A stretch of 63,990 nucleotides of DNA, the filler included, from Dirinaria sp. TL-2023a (lineage: Eukaryota): NCBI GenBank assembly GCA_051941275.1. It is 5 parts of 5 records of this genome, joined end to end, with 100 filler letters (N's around TTAATTAATTAA, not from the genome) between each part and the next. Parts side by side here need not be neighbours in the genome. Positions count along the whole stretch, not along the records: positions 39,574 to 52,617 come from JAVEBF010000717.1; positions 52,718 to 63,990 come from JAVEBF010000858.1; 3 more parts are not named here. One strand, 5' to 3'. The notes under the pieces are model-generated. The model had not been told where the DNA came from and did no database searches. It saw only the letters and a list, made by a program, of their open reading frames with translations. This document shows positions 48,428 through 59,484 of the stretch, one piece after another. Numbering within the stretch: the stretch's first letter is position 1; the number at the start of each line of letters is the position of its first letter. The position numbers and the translations under genes were made by a program.

Positions 48428-51307
48428 ATGAAAACCTTTGCGAGGGCAATGGAAGCAGGGTACGCAGAAGAATGGTGCTTCGGTATGGTGAGTTACCCAC
48501 TGGGCCATGCCGACATGTATAATAGCGACAAATTCTTGCCCGAGTCGACCTCTTCGGTGCAATGCTGATCTCAGAATCTAGCTCGTAGGCTTCGGAGCTC
48601 GCATGACGGACAACTTCCCAATCAAGAAGACACCAATTGATCTAAAGGTCCACCCAGACTCAGGCGAACTCATAGACGTAGAGGGGAGCTCTATCTTCGG
48701 CACCATTCTTTTTGCGAATCACAAGGTTCTTAGCGTCCTTCAAAGAGAATTGTCTTTGCAAATCTATGCGGACTATGCTAGGTCACTAGAGCTGAGATCA
48801 TCCAATCAACCCTCTAAGCGAAGACAAAACAATGCGACAGACCCAACCAAACCATCTCTAGAATTGAGCATAATCCTCTACGGACGCCCTGCTCTGTTCG
48901 AGGCTGTTGGCCAATTTGCGGCGAGGTGCAACATGTATCTACAGCACCCTAACCACTGCGATCGAAATGTACTGTACATGAATCCACATTGTCTTTCATC
49001 CCCGAAGGAGATAAGGATTATGACCCACGACCTCGACGCTGATCTCGCTGGGTTTGCCAACCAAAACACACAATTTCCTGCAAATCCTATTGACCTCTTC
49101 ACTGACACCAACCACCAAGAGGAGCTTGCAGAGTCGGGAACGCCCTGCGCCTTACGCACGGCTCTATACAAGCATCAAAAGCAGGCTTTGACATTCATGA
49201 TGGATCGGGAAACGGGTTGGTCATTCGATGGACGCCATAGAGATATCTGGAGAGAAGAGAAAGACAGTCAAGGCCGTGCCATATACGTCAATACCATTAC
49301 AGGACACAAGCAACTAAGATCACCAGCGGAATTCCGGGGAGGACTCCTGATTGATGCACCCGGTCTTGGAAAGTCTCTAAGCATCATCGCCCTTATCGCT
49401 ACTGACATGCAAGAACCTGGTGAGCCTAATGAAAAATTGGACACTGCAACTAAGACTTTACTGATAGTTCCAAAATCCTGTAAGTCACCCAACCAACAGT
49501 GTCATGTTCAGGTGCTCAGTCGTAAAAAAGTGATCCAGACCTGGAAAGACGAGCTTCAAAAGTAATAATTCTATTTAGTCCGCTCGAGACTCGACTGAAT
49601 GCTAATTTTTGCCAGACACCTGAAACCGTCCAGTGCAATCACATACGGTGTGTATTATGGCAAAGGTCGAGCGCGCATTTTAGAAAACTTACAGGACTAC
49701 AAACTCGTGATTACGACTTACGCCGTCGTTAGGAAAGATTGGAAATCAAGCAAGGTCAAGTCTGAGCCAAAAGCTCCCAATATCTATACCTTTAGATGGC
49801 GAAGAATAGTCCTAGACGAAGGCAAGTCAGATCCGGTTTTGATTCCAGATCACTCCTCTCATAAAAGAGTGTAGCACACATTATTCGGGAGCCTTCAAGA
49901 TCATTTGCTCAATCTGTCTGTGCTCTTATGGCGCACAGGCGGTGGTGCGTCAGTGGCACACCAATACAGAACAGGCTCATGGATCTCTACAGCCTCTTTA
50001 AATTCCTTCAATGCACCCCTTTTTCGGATCTAAGCGTATTCAACAAATACGTGACGGAGCAGTGGAAGTCACAGTCTGATCCCCGTTGTGTTGCAAGGCT
50101 CAAGAATCTTGTTGGTTGCCTCTCACTCCGAAGACCGAAAACAACCATAAAGTTACATCCACGGATTGACGATACAGTCGAGCTACATTTCAACGACCAC
50201 GAGCGGCAGGACTATCAGCGAATCAAATCTAGCACGCTATCTCGCCTTAATGATGCCGAGAATAGAGTTGATGGCGCAGCCTTCTTCAGTGCCCTGAGGC
50301 GGGTGAACCAACTTCGTTTACTATGCAATCATGGACTCGCGAATTACACCACAGCTGATGACGCTTCGACGGATACTTTGATGGCCAAATCTTTGTGGAA
50401 CGCTGAAGTCGCCCAGTCTCAATTCGATCACCTAGATGCAGTTGGACTTGCACGATGCTCTAGTCCAGCATGCTGCCGAGACCTTAGCTCTGCCCTATCT
50501 AGTGACACTGATCACGACTATGAGGAGGAACCTTACATTGACAAATTGGGGACTCTTTTATGCTTCACTTGTGAACATGAGCGGTCTGGAGCGTCCGATG
50601 GCTTCTTGAAAGTTTGCAATCATTTTCCGCGAGCCTCGTTAGGTGACTCGATTGTCAGCATTGAGAGTGCTCACGGTAGGGTGCATGGGTTTTTCAGCGC
50701 TCAAAGTTTGCATGGCACTACATCCACACAGCCTGTTCCGACAAAAATCCAGCGGGTGATACAAGATTTGGATGAGACACCTGATGATATAAAAAGGTTA
50801 GTGCAATACATCGGTACTCAAGATGAATCTCATTAACATTTCCATAGTGTTGTATTCTCATCCTGGACCAAAACCTTTGACATTCTTCAGCCGCAACTTG
50901 TGTCAAGATCTATTAGATGTGTCAGATTGGATGGGTCTCTCTCCACTACGGCACGAGCCAATGTGCTCAGAGCATTCGGCAACAATTCGGGAATTAAAGT
51001 CCTCCTCGCCACAATTACGTGTGGAGGCGTCGGCCTGGATCTGACAGCAGCTTCAAGAGCGTACATCATGGAGCCTCAATGGAACCCAATGAGCGAATCT
51101 CAAGCTCTGGACAGACTTCACCGACTAGGCCAGGAGAAGGAAGTCAAAACCATCAGATACCTCATGAAAGATTCTTGGGAAGAACAGGTGCTGAAACTTC
51201 AAAAGCGAAAGCAAGAACTTGCCGACCTGACTTTGAATTCCGGCACCATCAACAAAGCAGATGTAACACATGGGAGGCTTCAATACCTAAAGGAGCTTGT
51301 TGGTTAG
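48428..51307 (+). CDS. SNF2-family helicase/ATPase, RAD5/RAD16-like with degenerate RING insert
   Basis: EEWCFGM | intron 48488-48581; LYKHQKQALTFM; GGLLIDAPGLGKS; TLLIVP; WRRIVLDE|AH (GC-AG intron 49822-49874); RWCVSGTPIQN; SVVFSSW; RLDGS; GGVGLDLTAASRAYIMEPQWNP...QALDRLHRLGQ. Start uncertain (48428 or 48449). Confidence 0.9.
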
Positions 51308-52297
51308 CTCGCCGACGTCCTGCCATACCAGTACGCGTCCCTACCCGATGTCGTGTAAAGTAGCTACGACAGATTAAACGTCGGTCACCAACAACCCTGG
51401 CCACCAATGCGTCGGAACTTTGGTCACCCATACTACCAGAACGTTCATCTTGGTTCATGCTAGAATCGTGCCAGTTCATCAAAAGAAATCTCCCAGGGCT
51501 TTGCTCGATACTTAGGGAATCTGGAATAGAGTGATCCTTAGAGGTCTTTTAGCCAACTTGATCGATTTACGCTCCAGCGGACTCCAAATAAAAAAGCTAT
51601 CTAGTATAACTGTCACAAAGTGGCGCAAAATGAGACGAGGGTTAGGGGGGAAAGTGTTTTGGGCTAGAACCCTAGGTCATCAATTTTCCCACGGTATTGA
51701 GTAAGATCAGGTACCGTACCTGACGGTGACAGATTAGAACTGAAGGTTAGGGTTCCATTGGGAATCGCAGCAGTGATGCGGGATGCCGCTGATAGTGAGA
51801 AAAAGCTGCCAGTAAGGTGATTGGCCGTACCACATGCGCCGGTTAGTTTAGAGCGGGGCTGAGAGCTCTCTGCCTCATTTCACAACAGTCTCTCTGCTAG
51901 GTAAGATTGTCAACAACAAAATCTTTTCAACTACCGTACCTTATCCTTGCGATACGAATCTATTTGTCCAAAGATCTACCCATCTCATCTCCGCTTCATT
52001 CCATCTTACCTTATCTTCTCAAGACCGATAGGAGATTCCCACAGTCTGAGAATCCTACGCTCGTCACCTACGGTCCAGTGACCCATATCTGGTCCCAAAC
52101 ATCGAAATCCTCTTGCGAAAGCGCCGCTAATTCGAAAGAAGAACAAGAGCCTCCCTCCCGCCACAGTTGTGGACTTCATAATATGAGAAGAAAGCAAGAA
52201 GGCATTATTTCCCTTGTGTGGGTCTGCGAGACTGGATATCATGCGAGGATTACAACAGGGTTGCTTGGAGTTTGATTCAATTGAGAAGAACCTGTCG

Positions 52298-52375
52298 AGA
52301 GCTCTGATTGGCTGTGCCAAAAGCACTCTGGCTGCCGTGCGTTTGGAAAACCACGCTAGTTCGCCCAAGGGGCCA
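52298..52375 (+). pseudogene. Degenerate coding relic B, homologous to relic A
   Basis: Translates RALIGCAKSTLAAVRLENHASSPKGP, followed by NSIVKL*IEAARLR*. Confidence 0.55.
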
Positions 52376-52617
52376 AACTCAATTGTGAAATTGTGAATTG
52401 AGGCAGCGAGGCTGCGGTGAAAGTTGCGGCTCATCATCCCAGCGCCAGCGCCATTCCCGTCTCTCGTACAGGACTAGCCTCGGCATCCAGCTGACAGCGC
52501 CTTGGCTGTATCTTGCAACGGCTAGTCAAAATTTTACACTGCGAAACCGTCCGGTTTCAAGCTCCCTTATTTTAAGCATGCGAAAATACCCACGCCCCTA
52601 ACCTTAGACACCAAAGC

Positions 52618-52717
52618 NNNNNNNNNNNNNNNNNNNNNNNNNNNNNNNNNNNNNNNNNNNNTTAATTAATTAANNNNNNNNNNNNNNNNNNNNNNNNNNN
52701 NNNNNNNNNNNNNNNNN
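52618..52717. other. Artificial contig-joining spacer
   Basis: N44-TTAATTAATTAA-N44. Confidence 0.97.
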
Positions 52718-53651
52718 GATCTGTAAATACCGTACATCTACATAGATAAATATCTTACCTCAAGGCTTTTAGCATTGAATTTTAGACTTTTTCATTGGGT
52801 ACCTTACTCTCGAAAAGCCAGCCGCGCGAACAAGTAAGTATATGTTTAAGGTAAGGTAAGGTATCAGATATGTACATACATATAAAAAACTTCGATCGTA
52901 GATCGTAAAAAGAAGAAGAAAGAAAGGAAGAAAAAAAGAAGAAAAAAGCAATCGGCTCCTTTTTTTTTAAAAAAAAAAAAATTAATACTTGTGAATACTA
53001 GGTAAGATATCGAATATCAATCTATCCAAACCCACCGTTTTCTAACTTTATATTAACCAAGACACCATCCCTCTTTTTTATCCTGCGCTGCGCTTGGAAG
53101 AAGTTGGGGAAAAAAAAAGAAAAAAAAAAAGAAATCTTTTTCTAGGTGTTTTATTGTATATTTTACTATACCATCTATCTATCTATACTCCCGAATCATC
53201 GCCTACTTTCTCGCCTAAGGAAAGGGAACCGAATTAAACGTACCGCGGGGAATTATTTTGAGAGTGGTCGTTCCTGAAGAGATAACGAGACTCCTCGGGT
53301 TTTAGATTCAGATGAATATGCCGTATGCGTTTCTTGATTTTTCTGCTGAACTGAGATGATGGCTCGTTTTGAAGGGTTGGTTGGATAGGATGAAGACAAG
53401 ACCCCAGCGTGAAGTTGGTGGGGGTGATGGGATAGATGGGATTGAACTTTTCTCTTCGGCTTGCGCGCTTGGCTATCTGGAGTTCCAGTTGGAAGGACTT
53501 GTAGTAAAGCTTTGAGTATAGCGCTGCCGGCTTTGCGTCTCTGGGCTTAGGTTTGCGTCTAGTGTGAGCGGTGTCAAAGGGAGCTGGAATTCATGGATTG
53601 GATGGCTTTGGTTGTGCGCTACGTGGAGACGTAGCAAAAATCGTATCCTGC

Positions 53652-54767
53652 TCATACTTTCGTATCCCCCATCTTCATGGGATTCCACTCAACCATTTTC
53701 TTCTGCTTCGCATCCCACTTATAAACGCCTCCGTCCCCAACATTGTAGCGGTAATAATTCTCCGTGCCGCCCTTGACAACCGCTTTTCGGAACGTGATAT
53801 TAATCCTGCCTTTCTCTGCCTCGGCGCCTTTCCGCTTGGGGATACTATGCAGCCAATTCGGCTGCGTCGACCCTCGCATCAGGATCATGTCTCCGCTATT
53901 GAGCGGGATCTTGAGCGGCTTGTCGGAGATCGTCTCTGTCTCCTTTCTCTCGGTTGCTGCTGACGGTGGCACGGGCTTATGCTTCATGAGAAAGTCCCGC
54001 TTTGCCCCGAGCGAGAAACTTGCGATGGAGGGCAGAGGACCGAGGAAGCGCTCATCATCGCTGTGGTAGCTGATGCTGTCCGTGCCCGTGGCGTAGTAAT
54101 TTACGAGGCAGAAATTGTAGGTCGAGCTGGTAAAGACTTCTGTGATGCGGCGGAGGGAGTCCAGGCATTGTGGGAGGGGCCGAGGGCGGCAGGTGTAGCG
54201 GTCGGAGGGGATAGGGTTGGATGTGCTACTGTCGAGGAGAGTACCACTGGGGGAGAAGGTGGAGGTTGCGTCGACGCCGAAGACAGTTGTGCTGGTTGGA
54301 TTTCGTTAGTCAGGATCCAGCAACATGTTTGTGAGATGTGGTCCTACGGAGGCGGAGTAGGAGCAACTCCATTGACCTTTCTGGTCGAAATGGTAGACTT
54401 ACTAGCGCGGAGTATTGATGTCGGTCTCAATGGCTCCTCTTTTGATTTTGTACTTCACCCTGTAGAAGAACAATGCCGTCCTCAGAAACTCATACAGTTC
54501 TCGCTCTATTGTCGGTGGGATGTAGGGCTGGAAATACAGTAGATCCAGGTCTGGCTGATCATTGATTGGCTTCCCTTCCGATGCAGGAACTTCGGCTAGC
54601 ACTTCCTCGATGTATGCGGGAAAATGCGGGATTGGATAGGGATAGGATGGGTGGGCTGAGCTGGCCTGGCTTGTGGCGGAGGTGTCAATTGGTTCCGCTG
54701 AATTGGGACGAATCTTTTTGTGAGATGTTGGAGTGAAGAAGTTGTCGAGAGCACGCTTCTTAGACAT
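53652..54767 (-). CDS. AlkB-family 2OG-Fe(II) dioxygenase (ALKBH2/3-like)
   Basis: Intron 54402-54293 joins TPRY to TTVFGVD; NFCLVNYY...DSISYHSDDE (HxD), IASFSLGAKRDF, LMRGSTQPNWLHSIPKR, GRINITFR. Confidence 0.92.
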
Positions 54768-55344
54768 GTTAGGGCCTGTTCAAGGTCACAGCAGTGAGTT
54801 TTGAGAAGTGCCTTCTATGGAGTGGACTGGCATGCTTCTACTGGTTACAGAGCTCTAGAGAGTCGAGACAGGAGCACGCCAACAGGTCGCGCTAGAGACC
54901 TCCATACTGTATCCGACGGTCTGCCTGGGTCTTCAGAAATTCCGGAGGCTCCCTAGAAAGCACCTCTTGGCATTGCCCAGAGTTCAGGGGTGATCTGAAC
55001 AGCTATTGGATAACGTGACTCTGGCCCGGACCGACCCTCACGGCGGGCATTGAAGTAGCCCTGACAGTGCTTAGTATTCAGGTTGGACTTCGAGGGACTC
55101 GGAACAATTCAAGACCCGCATGGCGTCTTGATGGATTTGCGGCGTGTCCGCCAGTCGTTAGAGAGGGAGAGAGGTGGCTGAATGGTAATTGCAGGAATTA
55201 CAGGATCATTATTAATGCTAATCGTGGAGGTACTTTAGAGAGCGCCCGTCATGATCCCATATCGTCCTACAAGCTCTTTTTCACCCTCGCTTTGACCTCG
55301 GAGCAAACAGATTCAATCGGCTGTCTTGGATTGTAGCAGTGGAC

Positions 55345-56613
55345 ATGGCGCAGAATACCACCACCACCTCTGCATCGCAGCACGGTAACATCGTGATCCT
55401 GGGCGGTTCCTACGGCGGCGTCTCGGTTGCACATTATCTCCTCAAGCACGCTGTTCCTCAACTACGTGACCAAGGGCCTTACCAGGTCATCCTGATCAGT
55501 GCCTCGTCGCAGGTCATATGTCGACCGGCTTGCCCTCGAGCACTGATATCGGACGACTTGTTCGACCAGGACAAGCTTTTCGTCAGCATCGAGACAGCAT
55601 TCAAGCCGTACTCGGACGGCAGCTTCCGTTTCGTGAATGCTACGGCTACAGCGCTTGATCACACCAACCGAACTGTCTCCGTCAGCTTACCCACCGGCAA
55701 CACCGAGACGATCGATTTCCACGCTCTGGTCATCGCCACCGGCGCATGCACGCACTCGCCCCTTTTTGGCCTGAACCGAGATGTCGAGTACCTGCGAAGT
55801 AACTGGACGGCATTCCGACAAGCGCTGCCGGATTCCAAGAGTATAGTCATTGCCGGTGGAGGGCCAACAGGGATCGAGACAGCCGGTGAGCTCGGGGAGC
55901 ACCTGAACGGGCGCGCCGGGTGGTTCAGCTCGAAACTGGCGAACCCGAAGGTCTCCATCACGGTGGTGACCTCGGCCTCCCAGATCCTCCCCAACGTCCG
56001 CCCCTCATTGGCGCAGAAAGCGGAGGAACACCTGGCCAAAGTAGGCGTGACGGTGGTCAAGGACACGCGAGTCCAAACCGCCACACCGCCCGACGCAGGC
56101 ACAGACAGCGCCCTGACGAGCAAAGCAACGCTGACGCTCTCGGACGGGAACACGCTGCAAGCGGACCTCTACATCCCCTCGACCGGCACACGGCCGAACA
56201 CCGCTTTCATCGACAAAGCCCTGCTAACCTCAGACGGGCGAGTCGACACCAACGCCTCGACCATGCGCGTCGATAAAGCGGGGCCACGGATCTATGCCAT
56301 CGGCGACGCGTCCTCGTACGCCCGGCCCGCAATCCACATCATCACCGAAGCCATCCCCTTCCTCTGCGCGAACATCAAGCGCGATCTCCTGCTCGCGTCG
56401 GGGAAGGAGAAGAGCGCCGTCGGCGAGGACCGCGTCTTCGAGGTTGATACTCGGGAGACGCAGCTGGTGCCGATCGGGAAGAGCAAGGGCATCGGCGCCG
56501 CGATGGGGTACCGGCTGCCCGGGTTCGTGGTGTGGCTCATGAAGGGAAGGGATTACTGGCTCTGGACCACGGGGCCGCTGTGGAGCGGGAAGCAGTGGGC
56601 GAAGGAAAAATAA
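55345..56613 (+). CDS. FAD/NAD(P)-dependent oxidoreductase, AMID/AIF (FSP1)-like
   Basis: Intronless; VILGGSYGG, LVIATG, IVIAGGGPTGIETAGE, IYAIGD, PGFVVWLMKGRDY. Confidence 0.9.
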   Translation: MAQNTTTTSASQHGNIVILGGSYGGVSVAHYLLKHAVPQLRDQGPYQVILISASSQVICRPACPRALISDDLFDQDKLFVSIETAFKPYSDGSFRFVNATATALDHTNRTVSVSLPTGNTETIDFHALVIATGACTHSPLFGLNRDVEYLRSNWTAFRQALPDSKSIVIAGGGPTGIETAGELGEHLNGRAGWFSSKLANPKVSITVVTSASQILPNVRPSLAQKAEEHLAKVGVTVVKDTRVQTATPPDAGTDSALTSKATLTLSDGNTLQADLYIPSTGTRPNTAFIDKALLTSDGRVDTNASTMRVDKAGPRIYAIGDASSYARPAIHIITEAIPFLCANIKRDLLLASGKEKSAVGEDRVFEVDTRETQLVPIGKSKGIGAAMGYRLPGFVVWLMKGRDYWLWTTGPLWSGKQWAKEK

Positions 56614-57665
56614 AGAATCATAGGAAATGCGTGGTTTTTTTTTGGTCTTATGGACATAGTTCTTGCGAACTCGGAAATTGGAAAGAAGAATTTGGATGGT
56701 CCTAATCGTTTGTGGCAAACCAGCGGCGAATTCGTGAAATCAGCCCCTGCGCTTAGAACCTGATCCTTATTATTTGGTATCTCACAATTACAAGCAAGCA
56801 AAGACATAGAAACCACCCCATTCATGCACGCACTCGTATATATATGTATATATACATTCAACCAAACTTACCAAAAAATCCCAGAAACAGTAACCATTCT
56901 ATCTACTGTACTCGTACTTCCATAGCTCCAATTCACTCAACTATAAACAATTTCACTTGAGATATTAGCGACCAAGAATCCGAGTATATACATATTTCTC
57001 TTCCCCCCCCCCCTTCTTTTTTCCCTTTCAAAGAATCATAAAAGTAGTAAAGGCCATCATCCCTTCACTTCACTGTGTATAGTATCGTATCTCCAGTTTC
57101 CAAGGATCTTTAAATCTAGCTTTACCTTGATCAAGTTCTCTTCTCTTCTCTTTTGTAGATACATAGATGAATGCATAGATAGATCCCCCCGGGGGGAAAG
57201 GAAGAACGCAGTTAAGGCACCAACTTTTACTTTCCTTGATTCTACTCATTCACTTGCTCAGTCCTTCGTTCGGAGATACATGCTTTACCTGATATACCGT
57301 AAAAGAAAGAAAGAAAGGAAGGTATAATCCCTAACGTAGCTTCATATATACCCAAGTATAGATATTTTTAAGCAAAGTTTTAATGTACATACATACATAC
57401 ATATACATATTACTGTAGAGAGGGTAAAATAAAGTATGTACCTAAGAAAAGGAAAGACGAACCAAAAATTAAAGAGAGAGAGAGAGAGGTTTCTAACTAC
57501 CTTAGGACTGGGTAGGTAGGTGCAGGTTGGGTGTACTCGTACTCGTACAATTAGGTAGCAAGCAAGCAAAGTTAAAAAAAAAGGCTTAGTTCTGTTTTTT
57601 CCTTACTTCCTCTTTCTTTGTTTTCTTTCTTTTTTTTACACTGATTTGCCACCGATCTATCTAAT

Positions 57666-59484
57666 CTAATCCCCATTCTTTTGATCCTTGGAGTACTTCC
57701 GAATGACTCTCTCGATCGCATCCAGGCCCAGGGTCAGGTTCTCCCATCGAGGGCCGTAGCTCAAACGGACGAAATGGTGGCACGGGCTATCGAACAGGTC
57801 GCGGCGTTTGGCCGGGTTGAGATCGAAGAAGATCCCTGGCACTTTAATCCAATAACAAAAAAAAAGGGGGAGGTTCATTAGTCTCATTGCTGCAGAAATA
57901 TACGAAAAAAAAAGGGAGGGTGGGGGAAGAGACACTGGAAAAGAAAACATACCGACAATTACGCGCTCCTCGAGACAAGCCTGGAAGAAGCTCAGGCCGT
58001 CGCAGATTTCTTCGGGCAAGTTGCTCAGATCGAGCCAGATGTAGAAGGTCGAGTCGGGCGTGTGCTTGAACTGGAAACCGAGCTCCTTCAGCCGGCCCAT
58101 CACGTAATTGCGCTTTTCTTGGAAATGGCATTGCAACGCTTTCATTTCCTGGAGAACTCGCGAAGGTTCGAGCATCGAGACTGCGGCTTCTTGGAAGGGG
58201 ACGTTGGTGCCCCCTGGACAGTGGCGTTAGCGAGTAATTCGAGATGGGGTAAGCGAGGTTGAAGGAGTGCACAGACTCATGAAAGGTACATACCATCAAG
58301 GTAGGAGCCGCAAGAACCGATTGCCTTGATGAACTCCTTAGGTCCTATTATCCACGCAACACGCCATCCAGGTAAGCGGAAGCGTTTCGTCAGCCCGTCG
58401 ACAATAATAACGTCGTCCTCGTCGACATCCTGCACGTTTGCGGCAGAAGAGACTGTGGTGCCGTCGCAATTGCTGGTGTAGTTGTAGCCGCCGTAGAACT
58501 CATCCATGATGAGCGTTGCTCGGTCACGACAGATATCTTGGATCTGTGCAAGTTCGGGGTTGGATACGACTTGACCGGTGGGATTGCGAGGGTTTGATGT
58601 CAAGATGACAGAAGTCCCGCGGGCAATCTCCTCAGCAATCTTCTCCGGATGGATATGGTAGCCATCGTCCTCTGATAGCGGCGAAGGGATGGCGGAGAAC
58701 TGGTTGTGGCCTGTCAGCTGTTGCTCCAGTATTAATTTCAAGGCATTTCTCACTTACGTTCTTGAACAGAGACAGCATTTCATTGTAAGCTTGAGTTAGA
58801 CTTTTAGCCAATGACCTCGGTGGCAACCGGTCCTGGTCGATGGCATACCTGTGTAATCTGGAATGAAAAAGCCTGTGATTATGTCAGAGGTTGCTTGATT
58901 TACAGAGTTCATTGCAATATTACTGACCCAAGTATGCATTGTTGAGTACGGCAGCGATCCGAATCAAGCCAGCTCGCCCACCAGGCACAATGGCTACATT
59001 CTCCCAGCTATATTGCGACTCCTTTCCTTGACGGTGATGCTCGTTGTACAGCCTGGCAACCGCAGCTCTGAGCGTTTTGATACCGGCAGTGGGCCCATAC
59101 TCTCGGCCGGTCAAGGAAATATCGATTTGCTTGGGTCGCTCAAAGGTGCCTTCGATGTCGTCGACCTCGGGGGCGCCCTGTCCGAGATTGGCCCATTTAC
59201 TGGGATCATCTTGGAAGCCATGCTCATTTGCTCGTTCTGTGCACCAGACAACGCCGGTGGAGCCTCTGGAGGGGTCCAAGCCGGCGTGAGGTCGGTGGCC
59301 TGCATGGGCAGTACGGAATTGGCGATGGATCTTACTCTCCTGCTCACTGCTCGAGCAAAAACGAATCAATAATCAGGCATGAGCAAGGGATCAACCGTTG
59401 ACAGGGCATTAGCGTGACGACGCACCTCACGGAGAAGTTGCGAGGTCTGGTGGAAGTGGAAAACTTCCGGCTCGTGAAGCTCAT
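57666..59484 (-). CDS. PLP-dependent class I/II aminotransferase
   Basis: WANLGQGAPE, EYGPTAGIKTLRAAVA, SNPRNPTG, IMDEFY, DGLTKRFRLPGWR (PLP Lys), TFYIWLDL, VPGIFFD, VRLSYGP; multiple introns. Confidence 0.92.

Noticed and set aside
51635..51755. GGGTTAGGG and GGTTAGGGTT telomere-like hexamers
   Set aside because: Isolated single units, no tandem array.
39574..52617. Contig 4 as a Starship or other mobile element
   Set aside because: Content is cargo-like, but no captain tyrosine recombinase (DUF3435), transposase or element boundary is visible in the window.
54900..55140. GC-rich stretch between the AlkB and AMID genes considered as a structured ncRNA
   Set aside because: No RNase P/MRP, SRP, snRNA or tRNA signature found; likely shared promoter DNA.
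53652..59484. AlkB + oxidoreductase + aminotransferase as a biosynthetic cluster
   Set aside because: All are widespread standalone families; no PKS/NRPS/terpene backbone, transporter or regulator nearby.
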